Assembly: GCF_001194135.2 (NCBI RefSeq)
Contig: NC_068990.1
Location: forward strand, 61,070,470-61,134,469
DNA length: 64,000 bases
Direction of reading: 5' to 3'
DNA from: Octopus bimaculoides
Taxonomy: Eukaryota
How positions within the stretch are numbered: the first letter of the stretch is position 1; each line of letters begins with the position of its first letter. The translations under genes and the position numbers were made by a program. Below are positions 26,473 to 39,021 of the stretch, piece by piece. A model generated the notes under the pieces. That model ran no database searches, was not told the DNA's origin, and saw nothing but the letters and a program-made list of their open reading frames with translations.

Positions 26473-26490
26473 GTAAGTAAAATACTTTAA

Positions 26491-26706
26491 CTCTTTAGCC
26501 TCCAGATTATTCTGTCAAATGTAAAGCTTATCCATTCACATTGTTTTGAATTAATCAGTTATTATCTTGTAACTTAAAGATTTTGACGATGTGGTTATTT
26601 ATATTCAGAACAACATTGTATGGCAGATGAGAGAGGCTGGACCTGGCAGGTTTCAACATAAAACAGGCAGAATATTTTGGTCCTAGTCGGTTTAAATGCT
26701 AAAGGG
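26491..26706. mobile_element. piggyBac-type MITE (second family)
   Basis: TTAA|CTCTTTAGC..GCTAAAGGG|TTAA (TTAA at 26487-26490 and 26707-26710). Confidence 0.8.
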
Positions 26707-28745
26707 TTAATATATATTATTTTCTTCTTCTGAGATAACTGCCCAGACTTTTATTCATTTCATCACATTTGCTTAAATCTATTTTTGTTTAGGATTTATT
26801 TATGCTGTTTATTGACCAAAACATTTGTCATCGTCATCATTGTTTAATGTCTGCTCCCCATGCTGGCATGGGTCGGACAGTTTGACATGGAGCTGGCTAG
26901 CAGGGAGCTATCCAGGCTCCAACTATCTGTTGTGGCATGGTTACTATGGCTTGATGCCCTTCTTAATGCCAGCCATTTTACAGAATGTGCTGAGTGCTTT
27001 TTACATTCCACCGGCATGGGTGCATTTACGCAGCACCAGCATGGGTACATTAGCACAACATTGGCATGGGTGCTTTTTAAGTGGTACTGGCACCTGGAAG
27101 GACAAGCCTGTATGTGTGGAAGACAGTGGTTTTACTTAGCTTCACATATTTTATCAAGTACAACAAATCACCACATCTCCATGTCCCTTTTCATTTGTAA
27201 GTATTTATAAATCCCTTGGTCACATGTTATGTTTTATCAGCAAAAATATAAAACTTTAAAAAAATAAAATGGAATTGGGTAATTTGCTTATTGATCCCGT
27301 TTATGAAGATTCAGTCATATTGTGTCCAAATTTTATATTTTTTTTATAATAGAGAGAACATCTTCCTCAGATTCTAGCAATTATTCAATTGAATATAAAT
27401 TTATTAACAATGACAGCATTAACAACTCTATTTGTCAAAGGTCGTTTACATATGGTTTCTAATGATTTTTCACTTTCTCAATAAGATGTTATATGCTTTT
27501 GTTTAGCCCAAAGTTAGCAACCCTGACTTAGCAGGCCTATGATCAAAGACGTTCCCTGTTACATTCACTTCTGTGAATAAAGTATTCCTTCTGTTACATC
27601 CTCTTCTGTGAATAAGCAAAGCACACATTAGATTATGTAGTCCTAGAAATCCCTTTAAAAAGGCAAAATGTTTATGACTATGTTTTTGATCATTAGGAAA
27701 CTTGATCATGGTTCAGCTGCAGCCAAACAACAAATATTTACACATACGTACACACAGGAACTTGTGTTATAAGAAATGCACAAAGTGATTAAAGCAAGCA
27801 CTTAAGTTCTGCCTTTACGACAAAATCTACAAGAGAATAACTGGCTTGAAATCAAACTACCAACAACTCAGTAAACAGAAGACTAAGAAAAGAGAGTGAT
27901 TTCAAATCTGGAAACACTGCTCTGTACGCAACACATTTTCTTACAGTTTTAGAATTTGAATTGAAATGTTTGTACAACTTTAAACAACTCCCCTGTATAT
28001 TTCAAAGTAATGAGGGTGGGTGGCTAAATGGTTAGGTTATTCAGCTTATGATCATAAGGTTGTGAGTTCGATATGTGGCAGCACATTGTGTCCTCGAGCA
28101 AGACACTTTATAACATATTGCTCCAGTTTATTCAGCTGGCAAAAATTAGTAGTACCTGTAATTCAAAGGGCCAGCCTTGTCATATTCTGTGTCATGCTGA
28201 GTCTCCCTGAGAATAGTTGTAAGGGTACATGTGTCTGTGGAGTGCTCAGCCACTTGCACATTAATTTTATGATCAGATCAACTGGAACACACGTCGTCAT
28301 AAACGATGGAGTTCCAGTTCATTTCCCATAGTAAACACCCAAAAGTCTTTCAAAAGATATTTGTTGTCAAGATCAGATATATTCTTGCATTTTCTTTAAT
28401 TTTTTACACGTTTCAGTTATTGGACGGTGGCCATGCTGGAGTACCAGTTTGAAGGGTTTACTTGAACAAATTTCACCCACACCCAGCACTTATGTCTAAA
28501 AGCCTGGTACTTATTTTATTGGATCTCTTTGTTGAACTGCTAAGTTATGAAGACATAAACAAACTGACACCATTTGTTAAGTAGTGGTGCAGAGAGACAT
28601 AAACACAGAGACATAGCCGTAGACATATATCGTGGTGTGGTTAGAAGTTTCCACCCCAACCACATGGTTTTAAGGTCAGTCACACTGCCTGGCCTCTTAT
28701 GCAAGTATATGGAAGCTGAAAAAAGCAGGTCATATATATATATAT

Positions 28746-29177
28746 ACAAATGGAACACAACCTAGATACCGTAACAAACAGTGGAATAGACTACAAAGGA
28801 TTAGTGACAAAACAAACAAAAAGACCACGTGGTACAATACCGACAAGTTCCAGGGAGTAATGTTTGTGGACGTCACGCCACACGGAGAACTGGCCCGCAG
28901 ATTTCGAAAAATCCTCAAAAGTACCAAGTTGAGGATAAATGTTATAGAAAAACCAGGGAGATCAATTAGATCAATAATATGTAAAGCATATCCCTTCAGA
29001 AGAACAAGGTGTGTTTAGGAGAGTTGCCTTGTGTGCAAAAATAGTCCTGGTGCCAACTGCAAAGCCAGAAATGTAGTCTACAAAATAAGCTGTATGGATG
29101 GTGAGTGTAAAAACAGAAACACGACATACATAGGTGAAACGGCAAGGAGTTTGGCTGAGCGTGTAAACGAACATTGG
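28746..29177 (+). pseudogene. Penelope-like element fragment: linker + GIY-YIG endonuclease N-half
   Basis: One frame: WYNTDKFQGVMFVDVTPHGELARRFR..VIEKPGRSIRS..PF..C(*)..CLVC..C..NVVYKISC..YIGETARSLAERVNEH. One stop at 29016-29018; the fragment runs into a gap. Confidence 0.9.
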
Positions 29178-30304
29178 NNNNNNNNNNNNNNNNNNNNNNN
29201 NNNNNNNNNNNNNNNNNNNNNNNNNNNNNNNNNNNNNNNNNNNNNNNNNNNNNNNNNNNNNNNNNNNNNNNNNNNNNNNNNNNNNNNNNNNNNNNNNNNN
29301 NNNNNNNNNNNNNNNNNNNNNNNNNNNNNNNNNNNNNNNNNNNNNNNNNNNNNNNNNNNNNNNNNNNNNNNNNNNNNNNNNNNNNNNNNNNNNNNNNNNN
29401 NNNNNNNNNNNNNNNNNNNNNNNNNNNNNNNNNNNNNNNNNNNNNNNNNNNNNNNNNNNNNNNNNNNNNNNNNNNNNNNNNNNATATAAACGAAATTGTT
29501 ACAAACACACATATGGACGCACATACTTACATATAAGCACGAACACATAAGTGCGTGCACACATATGAGCGTGCACACATACAAGCTTTCACACACTCAC
29601 ATGCTCATACCAAACAGTTTCGAAACAACGCCAAAACAATGCCAAAACAACGCCAGATCATACATTCAAAATAAATGGAAGTGGAGAGACAAGTTACTGA
29701 AGAGATTGCAAGAGTGCAATGAAATAATTTAACAAAAAACTATATAAATTAATAAAGGACTGAACCAGTGCGTGTGTTTATTACCGGCATAATGCCTCTC
29801 CCAAGGTTTAATTGTATATATATATATGTATATATATTAAATATCTCTAAAGGAGACTACAGCAGCAGTACTGAGTGTTAATAGTTATTGCCAAGCTAAC
29901 ATGGCAGTCCAGAAAAATAGGATGAATGCTGCCATTGATTAGCTCCAAGAGGCCAATACCTATAGCTGTGATACACAGACTTGTGTCAATTACAACCTTC
30001 GAACAGGGGAGGTCATCAGCTTCCCCATGCTGGTTCAGGCATCCACAGACTAGTTTCAGGGTATTTGCCCTTTATCAATGTGCAAATTGCTCTTTATCAA
30101 AAGTAGTTGAACCAAGCAGGTATCACTGTTGACTGTCTGTTCGAAGGTTTATATATATTCAGTGGAACACATCCACTGGATTTCAAAAATAGAAATATTA
30201 TTTCTAAATCTCTCTAAATGAGATTACAGCAGCAATACTGGGTATTAATAGTTATCGCCAAGCTAACAGACAGTCAACAGTGACACCTGCTGGGTTCGAC
30301 TACT

Positions 30305-30815
30305 CCATATAGATTTCCAACATACAGGATACTCCGTTATAATTTTTGTAGCAAATTTTTGTCAGTACTACAGACTTATCACATTGCTTCTTTTTGTTAT
30401 TATTTTGCTATTATTGTAGGGGAAAAATATCTAAATCCTGCTATAATTTAGAGTAGCAGAATGAAATAATGGAGTCAATAAAGAGGAATACAGCTACTTT
30501 CATTTCTACCCTTATCACATTCAACAGACCCAATGCAGCAAGTAGTCTACATCCCCTTAGAATTAAAACCATTGGGAATTGACTGTTAAGTTCTTGTTGT
30601 TGGTGATAAATTAATGTCAGATACTCTTCCTTACTCCTATTTCATCATGACCATAAAATCAGTCATACCTATATAAAAGAATATGTCTCAGAAGATGCGA
30701 ATTAGATAATGATATAAAAATGAGGTGATAACTTGAAAGAGGAGGGACAGGGTGGCTTAACATATTATGATTATCAACTAAAAGGGCCTAAAATGGGAAG
30801 CAAAGATTATATTGG
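30305..30815. repeat. Outer inverted-repeat arm (partner 34470-34978)
   Basis: ~510-bp arms that are reverse complements, e.g. CATACAGGATACTCCGTTATAATTTTTGTAGC / GCTACAAAAATTATAACGGAGTATCCTGTATG. Confidence 0.95.
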
Positions 30816-31288
30816 GATCTAAGCATGTGAATTAGGAATACAGGGGAAAAAATGTGTATCTAAAGCTAGCAAGGTTTATCTATTAAAATATTAAGATTTA
30901 GAAAAGGATTTAAGGCTCCAATAAGAGAAGAGGGATAGATAAAACAATCTGAGCCATAAGAGTGGGGTACTTCTATATAGAAAGAAACCTCATAATGCTT
31001 ATTTCTAGCATGATAAAACTATTCAACAATGAATCTATAATAAAATTCAGATATCATCCAAGTAGGGGTATGCATTTTCTTCTGAATTGAAACCAAATAT
31101 TTAGGGCTAAAAAATAAGATAATTATTTCTATAGCAGGTACACTTGTTTAAAAACCTTGGAAAATATATATTTTGAAAAATTACCAACATTTTGAAAAAA
31201 TCTGAATTGATATAAGGTATAAAAATACCATATATATATGTATGCATAAAAATATCATATATCATATATATATATATGTATATATACA

Positions 31289-32153
31289 TAAATGAAGTAT
31301 ATTGTGTAATTATAAAATATAGATATAAATAAATAAATATAAATACCATATTGTATTATATTATATCATGATTACTATAGAGAGAAATTACAAGCTCCTT
31401 CACAATCTATAGAAATTACACCAGTATCTATGAGAATGTATAGATATGCAAAATACAATAATATAATATGAGATAAAAGAATAAATAAAATAAGGTAAAG
31501 CAGATTAAAAGGGGAAAATATTTGTATAAAATTTCAATAAGGGATTTATAAAATGGAAAAAAAGGAAGAAAGAAACAAAGATAAAAATTTTACATTTCAA
31601 ATGCCATAAAATATGTACTGAATATAAAAAGAGACATAAAAAATAAAAAATAAGGATAAGTCAAGGTATTCATAACAAAAGCTAATTAAAAATAATTAAA
31701 AAATAAACAAAGTAAGATACCATTGGAAATGGTTTTATAAGACATTTGTAAGACATATTCTTACAGGCACAGATGTGTGTAGAATCATAACAGTTCCTAG
31801 CAGGTATTTATTATACTTAAGGAAGGTGTAGGATCTGGCAATCCATCGTAAATATACTTATGGCTGATAGGGAAGAAAGTCTTAGAACCAAAGGAGAAGT
31901 AATGTAATCTAAGTATTGGAGGAATGCAGATTAAATAGGTAAGGATTATAAGAGGGCAATATTACATAAAATTCCATACAATAGAGGATATGTAATCTAA
32001 GTATAGTAGGAATGCAAATTAAGCAGGTAGGGTTTATAAGAAGACAATATTACATAAGATTCCATACAATATAGGGTATGATATTAATGATATGACACAC
32101 CAGATAACTTATGTCACCAAATTATAGTATGATATGTATAATATTATTTGTTT
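31289..32153. repeat. Inner inverted-repeat arm (partner 32802-33670); contains a ~95-bp internal tandem duplication
   Basis: ~865-bp arms, 648-bp spacer; e.g. CAGATAACTTATGTCACCAAATTATAGTATGATA / TATCATACTATAATTTGGTGACATAAGTTATCTG. Confidence 0.95.
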
Positions 32154-32337
32154 TTTTTTTCTGTAGTTTCAGCTCAGAGCTGCGGCCATGCTGATACACC
32201 ACCGTCAGTATAAACACTGATACTGCCAGATATAATTCAGGTGTTAGTGACAAAACACATGATAATACTACAATGGACTTGAGTGTTACTATAAATGATA
32301 GAAGTAATACAACTACTACTACTACTACTACTACTAC

Positions 32338-32369
<32 letters not shown>

Positions 32370-32374
32370 GCAAT

Positions 32375-32795
32375 AATATTCCCACCTGCAATTACAGGGT
32401 AGAATCTCAGTGCCCATTATTAGGTTACTGTTTAGCCAAAAATGTTGTTTGTAAATATACAGTGAATGACTGAAACTAGTAACTTTATTTACATTGGGTA
32501 CTCAATTAATATGAAGAAGTGCCTTAATAACCATCTTTCATCATTTAGACTTAGACATAAAGCTAACAATACATATTATCTAGTAAAATCTGGAAACTTA
32601 AGGAAAACATTAGTAAATTTAGCCTTAAATGGGACATAGTACAGGGAGCTCAGCCATATAAAGATAGCCAATATGGATACAAACTAAGTTGTACAGAAAT
32701 TTACAAAATTTTTAAGTATAAAGATAATAATAACATAATAATATATTAGACCTTGGGGTATCTTGTGTGCATAGAATCACCCATACCTTCAAATA
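32375..32795 (+). pseudogene. Penelope-like GIY-YIG endonuclease remnant (second lineage)
   Basis: With frameshifts: CNYRVESQCPLLGYCLAKNVV..FIYIGYS..NNHLSSFR..LSSKIWKLKE..KWDIVQGAQPY; this resembles the CNCR..CPL.G.CL..VVY..YIG..HxSSF..W.LK..W.I..PY pattern of PLE C-termini. Confidence 0.85.
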
Positions 32796-33665
32796 TTTTA
32801 GAAACAAATAATATTATACCTATCATACTATAATTTGGTGACATAAGTTATCTGGCGCATCATATCTTTAATATCATACCCTCTATTGTAAGGAATTTTA
32901 TGTAATATTGTCTTCTTATAAACCCTACCTGCTTAATTTGCATTCCTACTATACTTAGATTACATATCCTCTATTGTATGGAATTTTATGTAATATTGCC
33001 CTCTTATAATCCTTACCTATTTAATTAGCATTCTTCCAATACTTAGATTACATTACTTCTCCTTTAGTTCTAAGACTTTCTTCCCTATCAGCCATGATAA
33101 GTATATTTACGATGGATTACCAGATCCTACACCTTCCTTAAGTATAATAAATACTTGCTAAGAACTGTTATGATTCTACACACATCTGTGCCTGTATTAA
33201 TGTATCTTACAAATGTCTTATAAAACCATTTCCAATGGTATCTTTATCTTATTTTGTCTATTTAATAACTATTTTTTAATTAGCTTTTATTATGAATACC
33301 TTGACTTATCCTTATTTTTTATCTCTCTTTTTATATCCGGTACGTATTTTATGGCATTCGAAATGTAAAATTTTTCTTTGTTTCTTTTTTCCATTTTTTT
33401 TATCATTTTATAAATCCCTTATTGAAATTTAACACAAATATTTTTCCCTTTTATTCTGCTTTACATTATTTTATTTATTCTTTTATCTCATATTATATTA
33501 TGGTATTTTGTTTATCTATATACCTTCATATATACTGGTGTAACTTCTATAGATTGTGAATGAGTTTGTAACTTCTCTCTATAGTAATCATGATATAATA
33601 TAATACAATATGGTATTTATATTTATTTATTTATATCTATATTTTATAATTACACCATATACTTC

Positions 33666-33709
<44 letters not shown>

Positions 33710-33752
33710 CAAATGAAAGACAGAAGATGGAATGTACAAGAATTTATTATTA

Positions 33753-33858
33753 ATCGCGACAATTGTTTCAGCACATCTAGCATTGAGTCCTCTTGGGTGG
33801 GACCCTCAACAACTGATTCAGGAGCATCCAGTGGTGCAGATGTATCTCATCAGGTGAT
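33753..33858 (-). ncRNA. Type I hammerhead ribozyme motif with extended stem II
   Basis: Minus strand: ATCAC-CTGATGA-GATACATCT..(~60 nt)..AGATGTGCT-GAAAC-AATT-GTC-GCGAT. Intact core, palindromic stem III (ACAATTGT), GUC triplet. Confidence 0.7.
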
Positions 33859-35322
33859 GAATAAATACAACTCATTAAAATGGCTGTTCTGTAATGTAAC
33901 TTTCCGTTTTGTAGAGAGAAAAGCAGCCAGACGGAAGAAATATCTTCATTTATATAGAAGATCAAAAATAAAATCACAGATGGCAAAAAGATAAACGAAC
34001 ATGAATTCCAGCAAGGAAAATATTAAAAAAACCGTTAACTGGTATGGATGTATAAATGTCCTCGGGCAAGCTGCATGGCACGAGCACACTCACACATACA
34101 AGCATTTGCAAAAGTGTGAGCATATGCACTTATGATGTTTGATGCACTCATGATCACAAAGCGAGTTATTTATCAACTTGGTATTTATAAGAATGGGGAG
34201 GTTAAAGTAAACTTAAGTCATCCATACCTTAAAGTAAATTAAATTATGTTAATGGTTACTTAAAATTCATTCTCACTGCATTGTGTAAAAGTACATTTAT
34301 GTGTGTGTAGGCATTTCGAGGGTCATTCAGAAATTCTATTAATTATCTTCTTGTTGGAACTTTAGGTGTTTTTGCTCAATAAACACACACAACGCCCGGT
34401 CTGGGAATCGAAACTGCGATCCTCTGACCACGATTCCACTGCCCAAACCACTGGGCCATTGCGCCTCCACCAATATGATCTTTGTTTCCCATTTTAGGCC
34501 CTTTTAGTTGATAATCATAATATGTTAAGCCACCCCTGTCCCTCCTCTTTCAGGTTATCACCTCATCTTTATATCATTATCTAACTAGCATCTTCTGAGA
34601 CATACTCCTTTATGACTGATTTTATGGTCATAATGAAATAGGAGTAAGGAAGAGTATCTGACGTTAATTTAACACCAACAGCAAGGACTTTACTGTCAAT
34701 TCCCAATGATTTTAATTCTAAGGGGATGTAGACTACTTGCTGCATTGGGTCTGATGAATGTGATAAGGATAGAAATGAAAGAAGCTATATCACCCTTCCA
34801 CTTTATTGACCCCATTATTTCATTTGTCACTCTAAATTATAGCAGGATTTAGGTATTTTTTCCCTACAATAATAGCAAAATAATAGCAAAAAGAAGCAAT
34901 GTATTTAGTCTGTAGTACTGACAAAAATTTGCTACAAAAATTATAACGGAGTATCCTGTATGTTGGAAATTTACATGGTCGTATGCATCCATTTCAAATT
35001 GATGTAATGTTTGCATTGATCAATTAAATGGATCCTCTTGAAATGGCCATAATGCACTGATACCTGAACATCCTTATTATTTATTTGCTTTATTTATATA
35101 TATATATATTCTTTTACTCTTTTACTTGTTTCAGTCATTTAACTGTGGCCATGCTGGAGCACCGCCTTTAGTCGAGCAAATCGACCCCAGGACTTATTCT
35201 ATCGGTCTCTTTTGTCGAACCGCTAAGTTATGGGGACGTGAACACACCAGCATCGGTTGTCAAGCGATGTTAGAGGGGACAAATACAGACACACAAACAT
35301 ATACACCCACATACATATGTAC

Positions 35323-35379
<57 letters not shown>

Positions 35380-35402
35380 CACACACACACACATGCACGC
35401 GT

Positions 35403-35437
<35 letters not shown>

Positions 35438-35679
35438 TTTATGTATGTAAATATATTTATATATACAATGAGCTTCATTCAGTTTCCATCTACCAAATCC
35501 ACTCACAAAGCTTTGATCAGCCTGCAACTATTGTCATTGGGAAGCAAACTTCTTACCACACTGCCTCACCTGCACCTATTATGGGATGTTTATCAGAGAA
35601 AAAAATGCAAATTTTAGGTCTTTGTTTATTTATCACATGGCCAACTCACTGCCATCATTTGAATGTGCCACAGGAATGC

Positions 35680-35745
35680 GACACTGAAATGTGCCACTAA
35701 AATGTGTCACTGACATATGCCACTGAAATGTGCACATCACTGAGC
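35680..35745. repeat. 13-bp minisatellite (CACTGAAATGTGC, ~4 copies)
   Basis: Direct reading. Confidence 0.75.
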
Positions 35746-37371
35746 CTGCTTAATAGGAAATAGTTGCATGTAGTGACTGAGTAAAGCCATAGACCATGTA
35801 CTCCAAAAACATACAAATTTGAAGATCTACTTGTAATTGAAAAATGTATCCATTTATTTTTAAAATAGCAGTGTGTGAATTAAGGAGTATTTGGCTGCTA
35901 TATCTTGCAGGTAGAGTGACTATGTAGAGATTCCTTTTGTTAACTGCAAATATGTTACATACTTACAGAATATAGTGTTCTTGTGTAGGTACATGTTTAA
36001 CAGAACATCCAACAATTCACTGTTATAAATTTCTAGATTTTGTATTTGAGTAAACTGCTTGAGGTAGTATTCGTTTATATTTCTGTCTTTTGATATTAAT
36101 TCTTGTTGTTGATTCACTAGTTTGTAATAAATTCAATTCCTAGCAATAGAATTCAGCAAGATCTTCACCACTATAAATGAAAGTAGATTGGAAATTATAA
36201 TAAATTCTAGAAACTCCTTTCTCTTTCATAGTAATTCTACATGGATAAAGAAGATTGGCGATGAACTTTTAATACATAGATAGATTGTCTGTGTGCATGT
36301 GTGCATGTTTGTGTGTTTGCGTGTGTGTTTATGTGCGTGCGTAACCTTTCTACAGATCTAGTTAGATTTGTAAATGCTACCAAGGCTAATTGAATTTCTC
36401 AGTACTAAATTGTATATCTTCTATCAGGATTAGTAACTATTTACCATTACACCAGCCTAAAATGAAGTAATATGTGTATTGCAGTAACTGTGTTGTGTGG
36501 TTTAAACCACATATCAACTGTACCTGTTTATAGTGTTTATTTTACAGACAAGAAGTATAAAATTTGGTTATAATCAGTGGTTTCATCAATGGTTTGATTG
36601 GTTATAATCAGCAACTTCATGGATGGTTTCACAATTAATGGCATATCCAATAAAAGCAATCACAGTCCAACATTTATTATTTGATATCTTGAGCAATTAG
36701 CCATGACTTCTGATGGAGCGATCACAATTTCGCAGCTCATACGATTGAAAGTAAATGCATCGCTTACTATCAATATATCAAACTTCTGAAAATTAAATTG
36801 AAATATGAATCATTAATCTTTAATTGATTTTTATACATGTTCTGCTGATGTTCAACACCTTTTAATCTTCACACATATTTTACACATGTTATGGTGATGT
36901 TCTACAAATTTTAATGTGATGTTATTTTTGTTCTTTTTCTTTATGAGAAGCCTCATTTAGCAATGATAATGATTATATTCTGATAATTTGTATACCCTGT
37001 ACTTTAGTCTACTCTGAGATCATACAGTACTCAAGCAACAGCTATGGTGAGGATACAGTATATCATTAGTTGTTCTATAACTCCTCAAGCCAGTCCAGAA
37101 TGATCAGACTTGTGATCAGAAATGTTCCAGTCATGACCAACCCCTTCTTTTTTTTTTTAGGCATATTGTAGCTCAGACGACATCATCCAAAGCTGCTTCA
37201 GCAGTACATATTCTAAAGTTGGAAAGAAACAGAAGTACAGCAACAAAATTTACTTTGAAGAGGCAAACCCAGTTTTTTCAGGAAGATGTTCAAAGCATTT
37301 TCATTGCCTAACAAATATTTTAGTGGGTACACTTGTATCCCCATGCACCCTCTGTTCCCAAGCCTATGGTG

Positions 37372-37628
37372 TAAGTAAAACGTAATGGTTACATTCTTGA
37401 GTCATGCCAACTCATAAGGGTTCGTTTCCATGATATATAAATTCCCCACCTGGACAGGACACAGGTCTGTTGCAGGAATTACTCATTTTTGCCAGCTGAG
37501 TGGACTGAAGCAATGTGAAATGAATTGTTTTGCTCAAGAACACAACACATCACCTGGTCCAGGAATTGGAACCACAGTCTTATGATCATAAATCCAACAC
37601 CCTAACCACTAAGCCATGCACCTCCACT
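37372..37628 (-). mobile_element. Family E SINE with 12-bp TSD
   Basis: AAGCCTATGGTG at 37360-37371 and 37629-37640. Confidence 0.9.
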
Positions 37629-38437
37629 AAGCCTATGGTGTGGCCCCTGTGCAAAGACTACAAACAAATATGAGAAGCCTTCCATATTTTTCTAACTAAT
37701 ACGTACAAGTATGGCTGTATAATTAAGAAGCTTGCTATGCAACCACATGATTTCAGATTCAGGATTCAGTCCCACTGTGTGGTACTTTGGACAAGTGTCT
37801 CAAGTATCTTCTACTGAAGTCCAGGACCAACCAATAACCTGTAAGTAAATTTGGTAGACAGAAATTGTACAGAAGGGGTGCTGTCTGTGAACACACACAC
37901 ACACACAGATATATATATATAGTTGAAATGTATAGAAAAACAAAAGACGAAGACAGGTGTAGGAACAAGTAAGTTTATTAGTTTGATGCTCAGGAAAAAT
38001 GAAAAAGTCTTTTACAGTTTGAGCCTATGCTCTACAACAGAAAGGAATAAGAGGAAATAAACAGAGAGAATGTAAAAAAAAAAAAACATGTAGAGTTCAG
38101 CAACTATATATACATATCATAAATGGACCCATTTATGACATATATATAATCATAAATGACAGAGAAATAGTTTGATGTAAGTTTATTTAACAATAAGAAA
38201 ATTCTAATATCATGACAAATTCTTTTATTTCTTTTACTTGTTTCAGTCATTTGACTGTGGCCATGCTGGAGCACTGCCTTGAAGGATTTTAGCCAAAATC
38301 GACCCCAGGACTCATTTTTGAAATCTAGTACTTATTCTATAGGTCTCTTTTGCTGAACTGCTAAGTTACAGTGACACAAACACACTAACACAGGACACAC
38401 ATAGATATATACATACATACATACATACATACATACA

Positions 38438-38509
<72 letters not shown>

Positions 38510-38949
38510 TAAAATAATATAATATATGAAATATATTATAATATATGTGGCCTGTTAATAATTTAAACCTAAGGGCAAATACGATGAGCTTCTTTCAGTT
38601 TCCATCTATCAAATCCACTCACAAGGCTTTGGTTGGTTTGAAGCGATAGTAGAAGACACTTGCCCAAGATGTCATGCAGTGAGACTGAACCTGAAACTAT
38701 GTGGCTAGGAAGAAACGTTCTTACCATACACCCACACCTGCGGTCGAGGTCTCAAAGCGACAAAAATATTTTGACACAAATTAAATCTAAATGTTGAAGT
38801 GAATCTAACGGTTTTTGTGTGTTTCTTAAATGGCTTATAAACACCTTCCATGCTGCAATTGTTTTTAATTCAGCACACGATCTCAGATCAGGTGACTTGC
38901 TATGCAAGTACATCTCCGAAATTTATTATTCTTATACAAGAATATTGTT

Positions 38950-39021
38950 GACTGTGACTTTGAAGTTTCGGCCAGCTAAGCCATCATCCGATGATAGCTT
39001 AGCTGGCTGAAACTTTGAAGT
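38950..39021. ncRNA. Head-to-head hammerhead halves forming a hairpin (same family as 17942-17988)
   Basis: AAGTTTCGGCCAGCTAAGCCATCATC (38963-38988) / GATGATAGCTTAGCTGGCTGAAACTT (38990-39015). Minus strand reads GATGA-TGGC..GCC-GAAAC-TTCAAA-GTC-ACAGTC. Confidence 0.65.

Noticed and set aside
32465-32485. GAAAC-TA-GTA hammerhead half
   Set aside because: It lies within the GIY-YIG coding remnant and has no CTGANGA partner.
33713-33994. 93-aa ORF / signal-peptide-like short frame
   Set aside because: No homology recognised; the region is better explained by the opposite-strand hammerhead structure.
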